Shown: piece after piece, positions 37,601 to 52,200 of the stretch | Layout: every line of letters begins with the position of its first letter | Numbering within the stretch: the stretch's first letter is position 1 | DNA from: Iphione sp. A-MEVVRFRX5 | Lineage: Eukaryota | Direction: 5' to 3' | DNA: 64,000 nt | Assembly: GCA_976226885.1 (NCBI GenBank) | Contig: OZ320313.1 | Coordinates: forward strand, 61,442,001-61,506,000 | Translations under genes and position numbers: made by a program | Notes under the pieces: generated by a model | Database searches by the model: none | What the model was told of the DNA's origin: nothing | Seen by the model: only the letters and a program-made list of their open reading frames with translations

Positions 37601-40600
37601 CCTAGTTCATATCCCTCCTTTTCCCGACGTATCCCTTCGGTGAAGGGCAGGCTAGATGTAATCCCCAGACTCTTACTAGTGCAAAGCGGTTCTAATGAAA
37701 GATTTAGTGTTACTAGAAGGGCCCAGACGGTTTTCTTGGGGGATTAGGTTGATACACGTTTAGATTGGCTAGGTAGATATCCCGCTGCACACACCATTCT
37801 TCTATCTACTACACAATGTAATTAAGTTGAGTTTTATAATTATCTCAACATGACAAAAAACGAATTATGTTTAAAGCACAGCCCAATACATAAGCAGGGA
37901 TTAATATAGCTTAAAATAGAAGCTCCATTCATATTGTTACTTGTTGATCTCTCAGTAGTAAATACCGATATTTTCAAGTCGGCGTCATGACGTCATTGCG
38001 AAGCGGCCGCTACAGTATTTACATCATAAACAGGATTTATATTTATGCACATGTAACTTACGTACTGCTTATCAGTTTATAAAATGACTACTCTTCTCAA
38101 AGTTGCAGTTCTAAGACAGATATCATGATTCTATCTCCAATCATTATATTTGAGGGAAACTGTCGCAGGAAGTTATCAAGACATAACGCCATGTTCTGTT
38201 TATGCTTCGATTGACATACTAAAAAAAGCCATTCAATGAATACAATGACCAGGTTAATATTGTCGTTTCGATACGATAGAATATACTTAACATACACGAA
38301 TAAAGAAGGACCAAGACTGCAAGAGTCTGCTCGTCTCTTAAATATATATATAGATATATAGACATGCATAGTTATAAGGGGTTGATTTATATTTTGACGA
38401 TGGCTAGCGTATTACTGTCTAGGAAGGCGCTGAATATATGATCCCCATGTATGTTATTTTAAGCCCTGCCATATCTACCAGGGAATCCTCTCTACTACGA
38501 GCTAAATCAGTCTAACCGCCATAATTGCCTCGTGTCATCCCCCGGTCGAAAATGAAGCACCTTGCTCAAAGGCCATGTATTTCGCAACTGGCGAACATTT
38601 TTCCAGGGAAACTAGAATAGAGTGGGAAGGGTTCGTGATAGAGTAGGATCTACAAGAGTATCCCCAATGAAGTACCTGCTTTCACAATGGCATGCACGCG
38701 CCAAAACATGTGTGTCCCCAGTCTGAGTGTTATAATATGTGCGACATTGACCTGTAGTTGTTGATGAATGACTCTCTGGGGCACGCTGGTTTGGCCCCCA
38801 CAGCCTCAACATCTCGCTTGCCTACCACTTCATCAGTGTGCCCCAGGTTCCCATGTAACGTGTGATTGAAAGTTGCTGAACCAAGCTCCTAAACCCCAGT
38901 CCATAAAAGAGACACAGCCGGCCCAGCGGCTATAGTTGATCACGCAGAAATAAACACTCAATTGAAATCGTGTTCGTACCATATAAAGACTGACAGATAC
39001 CAAAATGGTATTAGAGGGAATAGTATTTTGGGCGAGGGGCGGCGTAGTTACAGTCAAAAACAAATGCCTGTCACATTGGGCGCCATCTCTTCAAAGAGCG
39101 TTCTATTTACTTGTTTTGTGTCAGGATTACACTGTAGCTTCTTCTGTATAGGTTCCAAAAGTTGTGTACATGGATATGTCCACATGTCCTTACTCCCTTT
39201 TCTACCTACTATATACTACTGCTTTGCACGTATACCTATGTATCTGTGCTTATAATGCACTCGCGTTCTCTTTTGCTCTTGAGTCATTTGTCTTATATTG
39301 TGTCTCTTCATACACCGCTTGCCAAGCTCATCGTTTTAGGCGCCTTTGTTCACCCGACTCCCACAGTCGCCAAACAACTAGTCTGTCGTGAGCGAGTTCT
39401 CTATCCAGTCCATATTTATCCACAGAGATGACAAATTAATGAAGGATACCCCCATCCTATCTAATGAATGGCCTCGGCAAGTCACCGCCGCAATCTGACC
39501 CTACCGTTCGGTCCCTGCTCCTGATTGCTTGATGACGAATGGCCATCACAGATGACGCATCCCTTGGTGGCTATTATAGACCATCCAGCTCAGCGGGCCA
39601 CATGTAACTTCCGAAGTAACTCTTTGAAAAAAAAAATCAAATCCATGAGTGCAGCATTAACACCTCTTTGAATAAGAGAAATGCAGCTTGGAGTACGTCA
39701 GTAACCGTTATATTTATAAAGTCTTTACATTCAGTGAGGCTTTTCTCTTGTATAGACGGAGGTAAATATAACGAATGCAGTCATGATGCCGACTTAGGGG
39801 AAATCATATTAACGGACCTCAGGAATTACATACTGATAGCTTTGAGCATATTACGCTTCATGCGTCTCCCACATCGATCTTTCTCGTAAGTTCTTATACG
39901 GTGGCACTTAAACGCTCTTTCATGGTTGGCAGAGTAATAATTATGGGAACCGGCACGAGAAAGTCATGAGAAATATTTCTGCAATATTGTTAAGTAGAAA
40001 TTGTAGTAATGTTCTTATCCAATAATTTGTCGTGATTATCTCTGCTGAAATTTCACATTTGATGGTCTCGTGGCCTACAAATCTAAGGAACCTAACTTCA
40101 CATTCGGTGCACGCAGTTGAACGCGCCTCGGGGGGAATCGCCCATTCCTCTGGCATTTAACAGCTACTGCAAATTGGATATTTTCGGACATGTAATACAT
40201 TGTATATTTTACAAAGTGGATGGCATCTGGTATGTTTTTATGGGTAGACCTGCATCTAGCAAATTAGGCCTGTCTCCATGTGTCCGTATGTTTGTGCGCA
40301 TTGGTGTGCATTCCGCTGCGTATTTTCAGAGCATGGAGGTTTAGTGTGTTGTCTTCTATGTTGCATGAGTGCGTGTGTGCGAGAGGCTGTGGGAGGCAGG
40401 GTATATTGGTTTTTAATACTCGTCCGATAATTTCCTGCAACCCCAGGCTCCTGCAGCCTCCTGCACAGTGGTATACAACAGAATGTTTTTCAGCAGGAGG
40501 AAGACTCTCTGACATATGTTAGTTCACATTAAATTGTTTATCTAATTTTCATATAATTTATATTAAAAATCTCAGTTCACACAGATTTTGACAGAATTCC

Positions 40601-41456
40601 TTGAGGTCATTGCAAAAAACTTGCAGTTAACACAGATTGGGTGGAATCCCTCGAGATTAGCACAAAAAGCATACACACACACTCTCTCCGTTTGGCACAT
40701 ACTATCACACATGCACACAAATTCAACCCTAGTATTGTTGGTTAATAGAACACCCCTCTTCAGGAGGCTGTGTCAGGCTGTGGGAAAAAAAGAAACACAA
40801 GTCTCAACACCTGTACATATCCTGAGGACTCACTTATAGAAACCCGACCTTATGCTCGCGTTTCTATACATTCATCGACTCCAAAAGGAATATGGGTACC
40901 TTGGTTTAATCTAGGATAAAGAATGATGGCCAGCCTTTCTCTCGTGCTGGCCGTCTGCCTTTTCAACGTCAATACATTCTTCATCTTCTGACAAATCTTC
41001 AGCTGAATTTTTTACTACTGATGACTTCGTATCATTTGATACAATTATGTTATGCCCCTTTGTACCTTTGATGTTGCTAGTTTTCGCGAGAGAGGACATA
41101 AAAAATTATTTCTCGAATGACCTCCAAAACATTTCCCTTTTATCTCAATAACACGTTGACTTCTTCAATCGTTCCCAATTTTATTTGGCCACATACCCTC
41201 TTCCTTACTAGTTTTCTCAGAATCAATTCCACAGTATCTTCAAGACACATCTTTTTGGTCTCCTAATTCCCTCCCCTTGTTCCATATTTAGATTAACAAA
41301 TCGACGAGGGATAACGTTGAGACCCTTTTGATTCACCTTTAAAGCCGTAGATAGAAACGCCCTTCTTACTATGCCGCTTCAAGTCGCCCCGTCATTCCAG
41401 TGATATCGGCCGCCAGGAGGCTTGCATTCACCTTCTAATTGTCTCCGGGGAATCAA

Positions 41457-41468
41457 TGCGCATGCGCA
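41457..41468. promoter_or_regulatory. Perfect NRF1-type palindrome TGCGCATGCGCA near a CpG-rich tract
   Basis: Exact 12-bp consensus, with CpG-dense sequence at about 41380-41520 and 41990-42330. Motif match only. Confidence 0.3.
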
Positions 41469-44400
41469 CCGTGATCGGACCGTCACTGTCACTACTGGCG
41501 ATCCACACATACGGAAAGGTGCGCTGTGGAGGAAAGAAGGTGTCCTAAGATCAATTGATCGTGTTCACCACAATGAAACTATTTCACTCTGTCTGATACT
41601 AGACGGCCTTTTCCCCAGTGGATTGAAAAGGCTGGTTGTCAGCGTAGGAACAGTCCTAATCCGGTGTCCTTTGGCCTGTATATATTAAGCGTTTTACATT
41701 TCCAGCATGGCTCTGGAGCACTAAAAGGTGACCATTCTTTATCGAGAAAAGGACCTGCGGTATTTTCCAAACAAGCATTCCAACCATTTAGATATATACA
41801 ACCCGTGAGTGCGGAATCTCCCACATCAGATGTAGGAGCAGTGAAAAAAGTGTGGGCGTATTTGATAGAAGAGGGGACTTGCCGTGTATTTCTGTGATAA
41901 AAAATATCTGTTCAGTAGTGGGGACGGTCGGTAAATGACAGGGCACAATTAAGACGAATATGCATCGGGGAAAGCAACTGCGTGCAGACCCACACTGTTT
42001 GTAGAGGTCCCACGCTCACCGCCGTTCGCTCGGCTTTTATCTAATCTCGAGCATTCTTTCGCGACGCGGATACATCAGAGACGCGGCGACCGTTCCCCGT
42101 CCTCCCCGCCGTCTTGCACAATTTGTATTCGTGCGCCCACGATGAAGGTATATATGTCGCCATTCAACGGTGCCATCGTGGTCGCCATGAAGGCGGGATC
42201 GATGATGTTTTCTGTCGGTTACTGTGCTCTACAATGGGCAGTCTCCAGCAGTAAATGGCAGCTTAACGGACATTCTCCCGTCGCTGTTTCGGTACAGGGC
42301 AGTGGCTGCCCGTGTAGTATAGGCGTCAGTATCATCAGCAAGACGGTGCTGTCTTTTGGTGTTAATTAATGTACATTTACCACCCCTATTTTCCTTCTTT
42401 TGTCTCTCTACAAAAGTCTGCATGCACATATATTTTATTTCCACTCGGTTAGTACCCCACAAATTTCACGTAGTCCACACAGGTCGTGGCTTTCTCTATG
42501 CCATTCAGGGTTTCCGGTTCTGAGGCCAAGACGTTCCCCGTGGAGAGTGAAGCTGGGCGCATCAACAATTCCTTGCCTTCTAAGTGCACCGTTTATCTCA
42601 TTACAAGTAATTGCAAGTAGCAGTTTCTACCGTCATTCATGTCACTGTACATTAGGTTGTCTCTTTGTACCTATCCTTGTAGCAGATGCATTACCCTCGA
42701 GACATGTAGAAGCAGCAACTCGCCCAGAGGAAAGAATCATCTTTCCTAAGCAATATGTACATAATTGCTATCTCCGAACTCGCGTTGAGCTTACGTTTTA
42801 TTCGAAAATGTCTGCTTGTTGTTCTACAGCTAGTGGAGCCAGTAGGAGAAGACCAATGAAGCCCTTTATGTCCGAACGATTGGGCGTGAACGATCACTAT
42901 ACCCAACAGCACATGTCGTTGATCCCGAATAGGCCAAAGGTCGACAACTGAACAGAAAATGAAAGTGACAACAATGGGAATAGCCAACGACCTGAGAGAA
43001 ATGGCCCTTTAGGCTCAAACAGGGAGCGTTCAACAATAGAACGAAATATCGTGTTGAAGACACAGACAGTGCATTGCTTTCGTAGGATATAGGAAATGTT
43101 CTTCTGTGCATACATACCAGACCCAAGTCTCGAAAATTCAATGAAATAATTTTCTATTACATAATTTGGAATGATTTCAAAAAGTATGCATACACTTTTT
43201 GTGGCTGCAAAAGGCGGGTTCAAACCTGAAACAGCTTAACAGCTGATTAAGTGTTATATGCTAAGAACGACTACAAAAGAATTGAATTTCTGTTTGCAGC
43301 TCAAGAGGAACCGTCATAATATTTCTGTGAAAAGGGTATTAAGAGCATCTGTTTCGATTTCTCTATAAACAGAACTATTTGAGACTTGTTCCATAAACTG
43401 ACGAAGTCTGGCAAAGGTACTTGCCACAGTAGGTGAGGGAGGGCGATGCAGCTCTTTCAAACATGAAAGTTATCTTTGTAAAAAACGGTTGAAAACGATC
43501 TAAAGGGCTCCCAACAGAGATCAGATAAGCTGGAGACAGGCACAAAAGGTCTTTGGCTGACAGGTGGGGTACGCATGCAAAGGCCACAAACCGATGTATA
43601 GGAGACATAGTCGGTTCACCCACAGGCTTAAAGGCATTGCTGGGCACACTCACAGTGAGACGTTGTGTCAGGGCCATGTGAATGAACGTCGGGGGCACGG
43701 TGTAAAACTAGGGGGAGAGGGGTGTCGTGTAGGCGGTCGGATGGTAGAGTGCCTAACGGAACATAATGTCTGTCTGATATGATCAAATGTTATATCCATC
43801 GGGCGGGCTGTTGGTGGTACTATTAGGCCCGATAGAGTGTCTACCTTCTGCCAGAGAGTCAGTGACAGCGACCGCCATGTTTAGTCAGCGTCAGAATTAT
43901 GTAGGGATCTTGATGGTGGCGCACACGCGTGTGCCGTATTGTAGTATGCCCTTGTTGAGTTTCAATGGTGGCGGCCTAACGGCGATGGTGTCGGAGTTTT
44001 CGGTCGGGAATATGGTGAAAAACGAACAAATGTCGATACATTGGAAACTTGTTTGAAGAAAGCGATGCGTGGGTAGATAACGGTGTCTGATGAGTAGTGA
44101 GAAATCTGGGCAGCAATAGAGGGGGCGGGAGGAAATGTAGTCCTGGGGAATACGCGATGCACAACATGTTGCTGTAAAAGGATGTTCTGGGAAGTCGGCT
44201 CCTTATGAATGGATTAGAAGTGATAAATATATTGACGCTTTGGAGGTTAGCGGTTATGAATGGGAGCAGGGGAATGGGGCTGGTACAGCAGGGAAGAGGC
44301 ATAGAAGATTGATAGATAACTCGTGATATGTTGATGCATGCGGCTATCGCATGACTACGGCCTGAATAGCTCAGAGCTCATTTACAACAGTGGGTGCATC

Positions 44401-47400
44401 TGTTTTGTTGCAGGTTGAAGTAAGAGCACTATAAATCTGGCGAGCGTCGTACATGTATACTCGCCTAAGTCATACAAAGCGTCACTATTCTCTAAACACC
44501 ATTGCATAGTACATTTAATCTGTATTCGCTATGTAAGTTGAAATCTTTGCCAGCATTGAGAGGGCTCTCTACGAAGTCTGATAGATATGTTTAATTTATG
44601 TCTTCGATGACACTGATAACGAGATCTTTGAGAGGAAAAAATGACGTTTCTATTAAATATTTTATAGCATGACCAATATAATTCCTATGACAAACCTCCT
44701 CTAGGGAAATGTTAGAAGAGGACATTGTCTTCAAAGCCATACACTCCTGATAGTCCGGGTACGAGCTGTGTTTTACAGTTTCAATCATCCTTTCATAATA
44801 CAAACGCTGTTGAATTACTGAGTTAGATAGCCTTCGTTTCCGTTGATATCTGATCAGTAATAACTATATTTATAGCTGTTCCCCTTGCAATACACACATG
44901 TATGTAGATGTCTCCAAGCAGCATTCCGGGTCGTAAGCATGCTCAGTTCTCCGCTTACTCCATCAAGTGCCGTAGATGGTGTTCATTTTCATGGGGAATA
45001 ATATCACTAGTAAATTTTATTCCATCACATACAGTGGAGACCGGATCACATGGGAGACCAAGCCGGGGGAGAGATTAAGATGTTAAAGGTGAAATCTGTT
45101 AGAGTATGTCCAATGAGACCAAACTGTGGGAAAAACCAAAAATGGCCAGTCGCAAGCTTGCCCTCATATGTGGATCTCATCTTTTTACGTTCGATATGCT
45201 GAAAGGCAAAGTCTCTCTTCAGTTCACAGAATGTTTTTTAGGCTGCTATACAATTGATCCTATACAGCTGTCATTACAGAGAGGGATACACTGGTACCTT
45301 ATGGACTCTTTTATATCCATTCAACTGGACAGGGTGATGAAATGTAATGATCCTTAAAACTATGACAAACCATGCATTAAACTAATGGGAGCGGGCTGTT
45401 TGTTACTAAAGAAGCGACATGGGCCCACGTACCTCAACTTACAACAAATGCCTTGCCTCTGCTAGGCCACACATTTCTACCCAGTCGACTGCAAGTTTTT
45501 ACATGCCGTCCGTGTCATGTATAATCTGTTATATTTCTGCCGTATGCTAAACCTAAACACGTGGAGTAACAAATGCGTTGTGAAAACTTAGAATGATGTA
45601 CTAGTGGAAGTCGCGTGTATCGCTGTCAAATATAAGGTAAGGCGAGGAACGAAATTAAGACCCCTTTGCAGTTTATGAGGTAAGTGTTTCTGTAAATTTA
45701 TCAATGTCTCGTTTTTCCTATCAGAATTACGTATAAGTTTATATGAGCACAGCCTAACCTGCTGAATGTAATCATAATCCTAAGGATAGAATTAATGTAT
45801 GGCATTTTACGAGTTATTAACCAAAATACCCAAAACGACCAACCTTTCTCTATTTATGTTAATAAATCCTATTGATTTCATACTTACTGCGCATGAGTGT
45901 ATATAGATACAAATATTAAGCGCAGTATTAAATGAGTTTTCAATATATCCTGTTCAGTATCATTTTAAGTTGAAAGGTTTTCACATCAGTTTGACGCGAA
46001 GGTAGTATCTCCTTAAAAGTTAACAGCGACATAACTGATATGAAGAGCTTTTGGTACTTTTCTTGTGTTGATGAGAGTGTTTCAGGACCTATAAAATGCA
46101 TAAATCCCTGAATACAGAAATGCTTCATGGCAAACCTCAAATTCCATGGTGTTATTTACTTTGAAACGTACTGAATTCAGGTGTTCCTTTTACCAGTAAC
46201 GTTACGAGTGTTACGACTGTAACAATGTTTATTTGCCTGAATGTGTATAATTTCTCCTTATCTATTATTTGGTATATTGCGATGAAAACATCGTTCAGAG
46301 GCAGCTAATGATCTTAAGGTAACGCTCAAGATCGTGAAGGTTTCTTCTAAATTAATTTTAAAAGATACAATCTATATATCTATAAGTACCGAAAACCTTT
46401 TTATGAAATTACCCGGAAAATAAAAACGACCAGATTCTTTTGCATGTTTCTTTGTAAAGGATATCTGCCTAAATTTTGCAGCAGTTGTTTCTTTCGGATT
46501 AACTGCCTTATAAATGTTCGAGAACCTTTGATATGGAAATCCCTGTCTTTAATTTTGAAACGAAGAATCAAAATCTACTTAATACGTTTTGGTTGAGGTT
46601 ACCAGTAGAGTTCTTTTGCCCCCCTGAAGTATTGCTTTGAGATTCACGATGTGGATGAGGTATGCAGTTTGCAAGCCTTGTCCGTGCAGGTGACCAGATG
46701 TCTAGCGGTGTTAAACTGTGAGCGGACCCGGAACCCAGGAGGTTCTGCCCGACAGGGCGGTATTGGTTAACCAGTGGCATTCGCCACAACCACAAAAAAG
46801 TTCGACCATCATTCTCTTGTGGGCATTTTGACCGTTCTTTCAGCAGCACTGAGAAAGAGGAAGCCCCTGCACAAAAAGCGTAAAAGCAAGTTATTTTTAC
46901 CCATTCTTCCCTTCCCGCAAAAGGGCAATGGGCTTATTATATATGCACTTCACTCTGCTTGACGTAGTTTGGCAGCAGCCTATATATTTATGATTTTTAC
47001 GTTTATGTTCGCCTTTGTACTTAACTGTCATTAATATACTTGGTGGCTGGATGTCTTACATTGTTTTGATGGTGGTTAGTAGTTAAACTCCTCTATTCTT
47101 AGACATAAACCACAGCATGAAAACGCGACGGTATTTTTAATGTAAATCCTGATGGTGCTCATGCATGATATTTAACCTATCGCAACATTCTCGATCCACC
47201 ACTCAGATTTCATATTGCACTTCTACTGAATAATTTCCCCTGTATATTAGAGTTTTACCATTTAATCAATAATTTATTCCAACGCATGAATCTGTTTACT
47301 TCTAATTTTGTCTACTGTACTTCTAAACACGAAATTTAATTTGGTAAATTCGAATACGTACATTGTACATGAATATTGGTTCAATGATCATTCATATCAT

Positions 47401-48976
47401 TTAATGCTACGAATTTATTGTTGCACGTAGACTTTTGTATGTATTTGGATCGTATGAATGTTGTGTAGTTGTAATGTGATGTAATCTAATCCTTGATTAG
47501 TAACATCTGAAAAGGACATTTTTTCAGTGCTGTATCTTTTACTATTCCTTTCGCCCTCTTTGTGATTAATGTAGAAAGACGAAAATCTTTAATCAACCCT
47601 CTAATCAGATCTTGTTATATTAGGACTGTTTTGAGCAGGCAATTGATTTGGAATGCATCGTGAAATATTTCTAATGCATGTACGTTGAACAGTTGAAGTA
47701 ATTCTTGATCATAATGTATTATTTTGGATTCAGGTTTTGTTGTAAGTTATATTGCTGTGTTGGATATCATGACCAATGGGATTTACAATATACCTTCGTG
47801 TTTGAACTAACATTTCTCTGGAGATAAAAGATTTCTGCTAACGTTGATGAAGGCTAGTTTAGTTGATTACTATTTTATAGTAGTTTCTATTTGCAATCCA
47901 GTCACCTTATTTTTGTTCATTTATATAAGTTCACAAACACCTGTTCTTGTGAAGTTAAATTTCGTACTTTTTATTCATTGGATTTGTGGTTATTGTCAAA
48001 TATTCTTAAGACAATCATTGTATTAAAGAGGTAATACTGTCTATTATGCGATATTCTTGTGTAAATGTGAATAACTATCAGAGTCTAAGCTCATTTAATA
48101 TATACGTTCTAATTTAGGATACTGATGGATGAATCAATGAAATCTCTCTGTACATTTAAGAACATTGCGCGATAATTCCACCGGAACAAGTGTTTGTATT
48201 TACTGCTGCTGGCATTTTGGTCTATGGTTGTTACGTAAAGAATGTCTATGGATTTATTTGCAGCACCTCGCTTGGCTTTTGTTCCCTATGTCTGAAAAAG
48301 CTTCCTAAGTTTTTGTACTGGTGCGTCTGAACCTACTCTAACCGTGATCTTCAGTAATACAGCGTAATCAAATCCAGGAAATTATTGATTTTAAGTTGTG
48401 TTTGCTACGTTTCCACTGTAAACCGCCAAACCATCATGGAAGTAATGACACAAGATTGTATCATGATGATTATTCTTTGTCTCCATCTTCTTTTCCTCCC
48501 TGCCAAGCTTGTGCAGCAAACATTATGCCACGTTGCAGCCTTTGTTGTCATAGTCTCAGCGGCTTTGTGCGTCATCCATGCTTGAAACGTAACAAATAAC
48601 ATCATGGAAGGGCCAGAAACACAGCCAGCTGCAAACGGTATTACTAAAAGCCAAATAAACCCAAAAGGCTGTTCGGCAAGTTATCATAAGAAATTGAACT
48701 TGAGGACAGCAAGTAGAAAAAAAATAAAATTAATACATATCTGTAAGGGTATAGATTGGTGGATTTATCTGCTCAGATTGGTATTACGTGTACGCATGCA
48801 TTAACCTCGATCTTGAGGTGCTATTCGTATAGGTCACAACTGGTGGTTTATTCCCCAGAGCACCACCAAATAGATGGCCTAGGAAGACAGTGTGAATCAA
48901 ACTAGAAGTGCAAGTACAGTTTTATTTCAGCATTCCAGAGAACAGTTGTTATTTATGGTTTGTTTTTATTTTGCAG

Positions 48977-49253
48977 GGCTGAAGGTGGAGGCCTCGGAGA
49001 ATGTCTTCCTTGAGAACCTGCACAGTACACGTAACTTAGAGACGACCTATTATGTGACAGACATCACTCAGGCCTCCGACTTTTTCTGGGTGAGAGAGTC
49101 GGGGCTGCAGGTCCACATCGGCATTCTGGACGTTGCGCTGATCCCAAAGTATGAGGACGTCAGCCACGACTCAGACAACAAGTATATGCTGAGTAACCCC
49201 AATACGAGCGAAGATAAGTCGAAGTTCAGAAACATCGCCAAAAACTTTTGTAG
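48977..49253 (+). CDS. Internal coding exon (277 bp, phase 1 to phase 2) of an unidentified host gene
   Basis: Acceptor tgtttttattttgcag|, donor tag|gtgagta, 91 stop-free codons, G/C-ending codons commoner than in the flanks. Peptide LKVEASENVFLENLHSTRNLETTYYVTDITQASDFFWVRESGLQVHIGILDVALIPKYEDVSHDSDNKYMLSNPNTSEDKSKFRNIAKNFC. Confidence 0.72.
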
Positions 49254-52200
49254 GTGAGTACAATGCCTTATATATATCCTTCTATTTATCAGGTTCATGG
49301 TGAATTTCGATGATTACTACATATCATAATGGAAATGATATAAACATGGACGTGTAATGAGATTAAGGGGTTAATTGTTCATTCAGTGCGTAAAATACAT
49401 TTACATGTATTTACATAATCACAACATATATGTAAGGAAGCGGGTAGTTGTTTTTCGAAATGTATGTACATTATTTTCTTCAAATGTTATGAAAATACGT
49501 ATATTTGCCTGAAATCGCGTCCTTCGTGTGTCTTTACGTTTCTTGATTTCGACACCACCTACAACACTCTTCACGCAAGACAAAGTGGCAGGCACTAGAT
49601 TTCCTTCGTGCGTAATACAACGATTCCCGCTTCTGAACAAAGGCAGTGACTAGCACGATATTGCTAATGCTATCTTGACAATAAATGGCGTTAGTGATCG
49701 ACAGCAGGAAGGAATAAGACCCCTGCCAAGGAGCGCGTGTGCTCGCTGTGGCTGATATGTTAAGGGGGGTGTCTGCGGCAGCCTTTCCTCCGCGGAAGAG
49801 ATAACTAGACCCCTGACCTGGTACGCAGCATATCAGCATAATCGGGGACCAGCGCTAGCGATGCCCCAACTTTAGGGCAGACAGCACACGCTGGCCCTAT
49901 CACTGTCGCCCCCCAGCTTAACACCCGCCATGCAAAGGGGGGGGGGAGGGGGATCAGAGGATAAGAAAATGGAGCGCCAGGGGGTTAATCCGAACCCTGA
50001 GGAGCAGCTCCACTCTAGCCTTCACCTGCTCCTTAGAGGAATCAACAGCAGTAGTAATATTGCGCGCCCACTTCCCTCAATCCCCTTCATAGTTCGCTTC
50101 TAGATAAGGGCCGTCTATACCTATTACAGAATACAGGGGGAATATACATAATCTCTCGCATCCCCTTTTAGTCCACTCAAGGCCGGAAGTCGAATCTAAA
50201 GCGTCTGCCCAAAAAACATCCCCTTGCGCTTATCAAAAGTCTGTAGACAGGCTAACAATGTACTTCTGTGGCAGCACTGCAATGCTTGCCTGCCTTAACA
50301 CGTGAGATGCTAACTGCAGAATAAACGTCTGGGTAATTTCAAACACTACTAGAGTATGACTCCCAGGATATATCCAGAAGACAGATGATTACGACGTGAT
50401 TATCTGTTTGGGCTTTATCATCCACGAACCCCGATGTATCCTCGTACGTCATAGGGCTCTCTATCACCCCTCTGGTCGGCGACAGCTGACTGTAGACTGC
50501 AGGATTATCTCGCATGCCTTGTCCGTTTGTTCTTTCCGCTATTGAGCAGCTCGCAATAAACTCTGACGACTATTTTCGGGAGTGCCGCCTACATTTAGAA
50601 TTTAAAGCGCAATTTACAGACTGTGCACCCTACTTAACTCGGGAGAAAATCCTGAGCTTCTCGGAACTTACCGGATAGTCCACTTGATAAAAATAAAATC
50701 TTCCAAACAGACAGATTTTACGTGTCTGTATTTCACTCAGACATATTTGTGTATCTAGTATTCCATTGAAACTTATTGGAGCTGTCACATGCACATGTAG
50801 TTACACTGTCGGATGTGTTTGCATTTTGGCCAACGAGTCCAGGTTGGATTTCTTCAAAAACCGATGCATGGCTCATAGAAAAGCATTGCACAGATATCTG
50901 GTAACCATATGGAAGTCAGTAACGTATGCATTGTATGGATGGTAGCTGCACAAACATTTACGAGAACATAACTTTTGCATGGATATACATGTATGTGAAA
51001 CCCGCCGTACTGCTATACAAACATGCCATGTATCTCTTATGTGGATGGCAATCTATGTTAACTCTGACATAAATAGAAGGTATTTCAATTGTATGCTTCA
51101 ATGTTTTATCTCAATATTTCCTCCGTCATTAATATCATGACATACTACGTTGCTACATTGCTTAATAAACAGAATGAAATTGAATTACGCTAACTAAAAA
51201 GTATCCATCCGAATGCCATTCTGTCTGTCTGCCATCCCTTATGTTCAATTTAGAAAGTAAACAATGCGAAAGTTATATATGGACTGGATACTGATTGTAA
51301 ATAGGGATTAATGATATTTTGCTCGAGGAAACTGTTCGTATTTACGCTAGGGCAAATCATTAGTGTACAGGCACTGTAAATAAATTACTTATTCATTTGG
51401 CCTATGAGTAATCCTAAGCCAGAAGAAAGTCATGGCCAGCAATGAAATATTTTCTACTGAAGGTTAATGAACCTAGAAGGGACATAAATAGATGCTTATA
51501 TCAATCAATAGCATTCAAATACTGCCATCTGTAAAGCGTTACATCAGATATTATCTTTTGAGAAATTACACTAAATATGCATAGACTGCAGTAATTCGAT
51601 GTCGCTAAGGCTTCCAGTCAACCCGTCCTTATCTCGAGTCATTAAAGCCACGAAATAGTTGGAGCAAGCGTTCATCAGATATGGTCTAATGTCTTAGACT
51701 GTGCGTCTAGATTATTTTCAGGACCACCATTTGATGCAACGGTTCAAAAACGCTATTAAATCCTTGAGTTTTGCTTCAAAGATTCAAAGACAAATGCGTA
51801 CTGCAGAGATTGTCATCATTGGCCTTAATAACAGAAACTCGATGCTCCTCTTTTGCAACTGTTAAGGGATACGAGGATTCTCTAACGCATACGTTTCTGC
51901 AGCTGTGGCTTGACCGTCCTTTTTCAACAAAGCTCCCTTAAAATTAGCGATAGACATTTTGGCTCATTCGAGCATAGCGGAGGCACGTGCGTACACTGCA
52001 GTTTGATCAATTGCGGCCTGCTGACTGAGACAGATTGTGTTACAACTCCGACATGACGTCGACGACGGACGGCTAGTGTCGCCCTCTGGCGAATATGACC
52101 GGTACCAATGAATCTTGCAGACGTCCGTCTTGTCGCTTCCGGATCTCGAGGAGGTGCAGGCTCTTAGATTGGATCTGCCAAGGTGGGGGCGGGGGGATGG

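Noticed and set aside
37987-37996. CRE palindrome ATGACGTCAT
   Set aside because: A single short motif with no supporting promoter context.
42142-42369. MSPFNGAIVVAMKAG resembling the N-terminus of proteasome beta-3 (YNGGAVMAMKG)
   Set aside because: Register is shifted, the similarity stops after about 10 residues, and the following AIAAD/DRRFG motif is absent.
43370-44340. G-rich plus strand with faint minus-strand echoes of RT motif A (IDICSFFTIFP) and YR (RLPRT, HSIG)
   Set aside because: The echoes point to different domains in an inconsistent order. It may be an old retroelement, but it needs an HMM search to call.
47450-48030. AT-rich stretch with partly open minus-strand frames
   Set aside because: Multiple stops and no identifiable domain.
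48385-48605. Hydrophobic ORF upstream of the strong exon as a possible signal-peptide exon
   Set aside because: Ends in a stop with no donor site; T-rich composition explains the hydrophobicity.
49975-50030. A-box/B-box-like words on the minus strand (tRNA or SINE head)
   Set aside because: Boxes are only about 12 nt apart and no cloverleaf can be formed.
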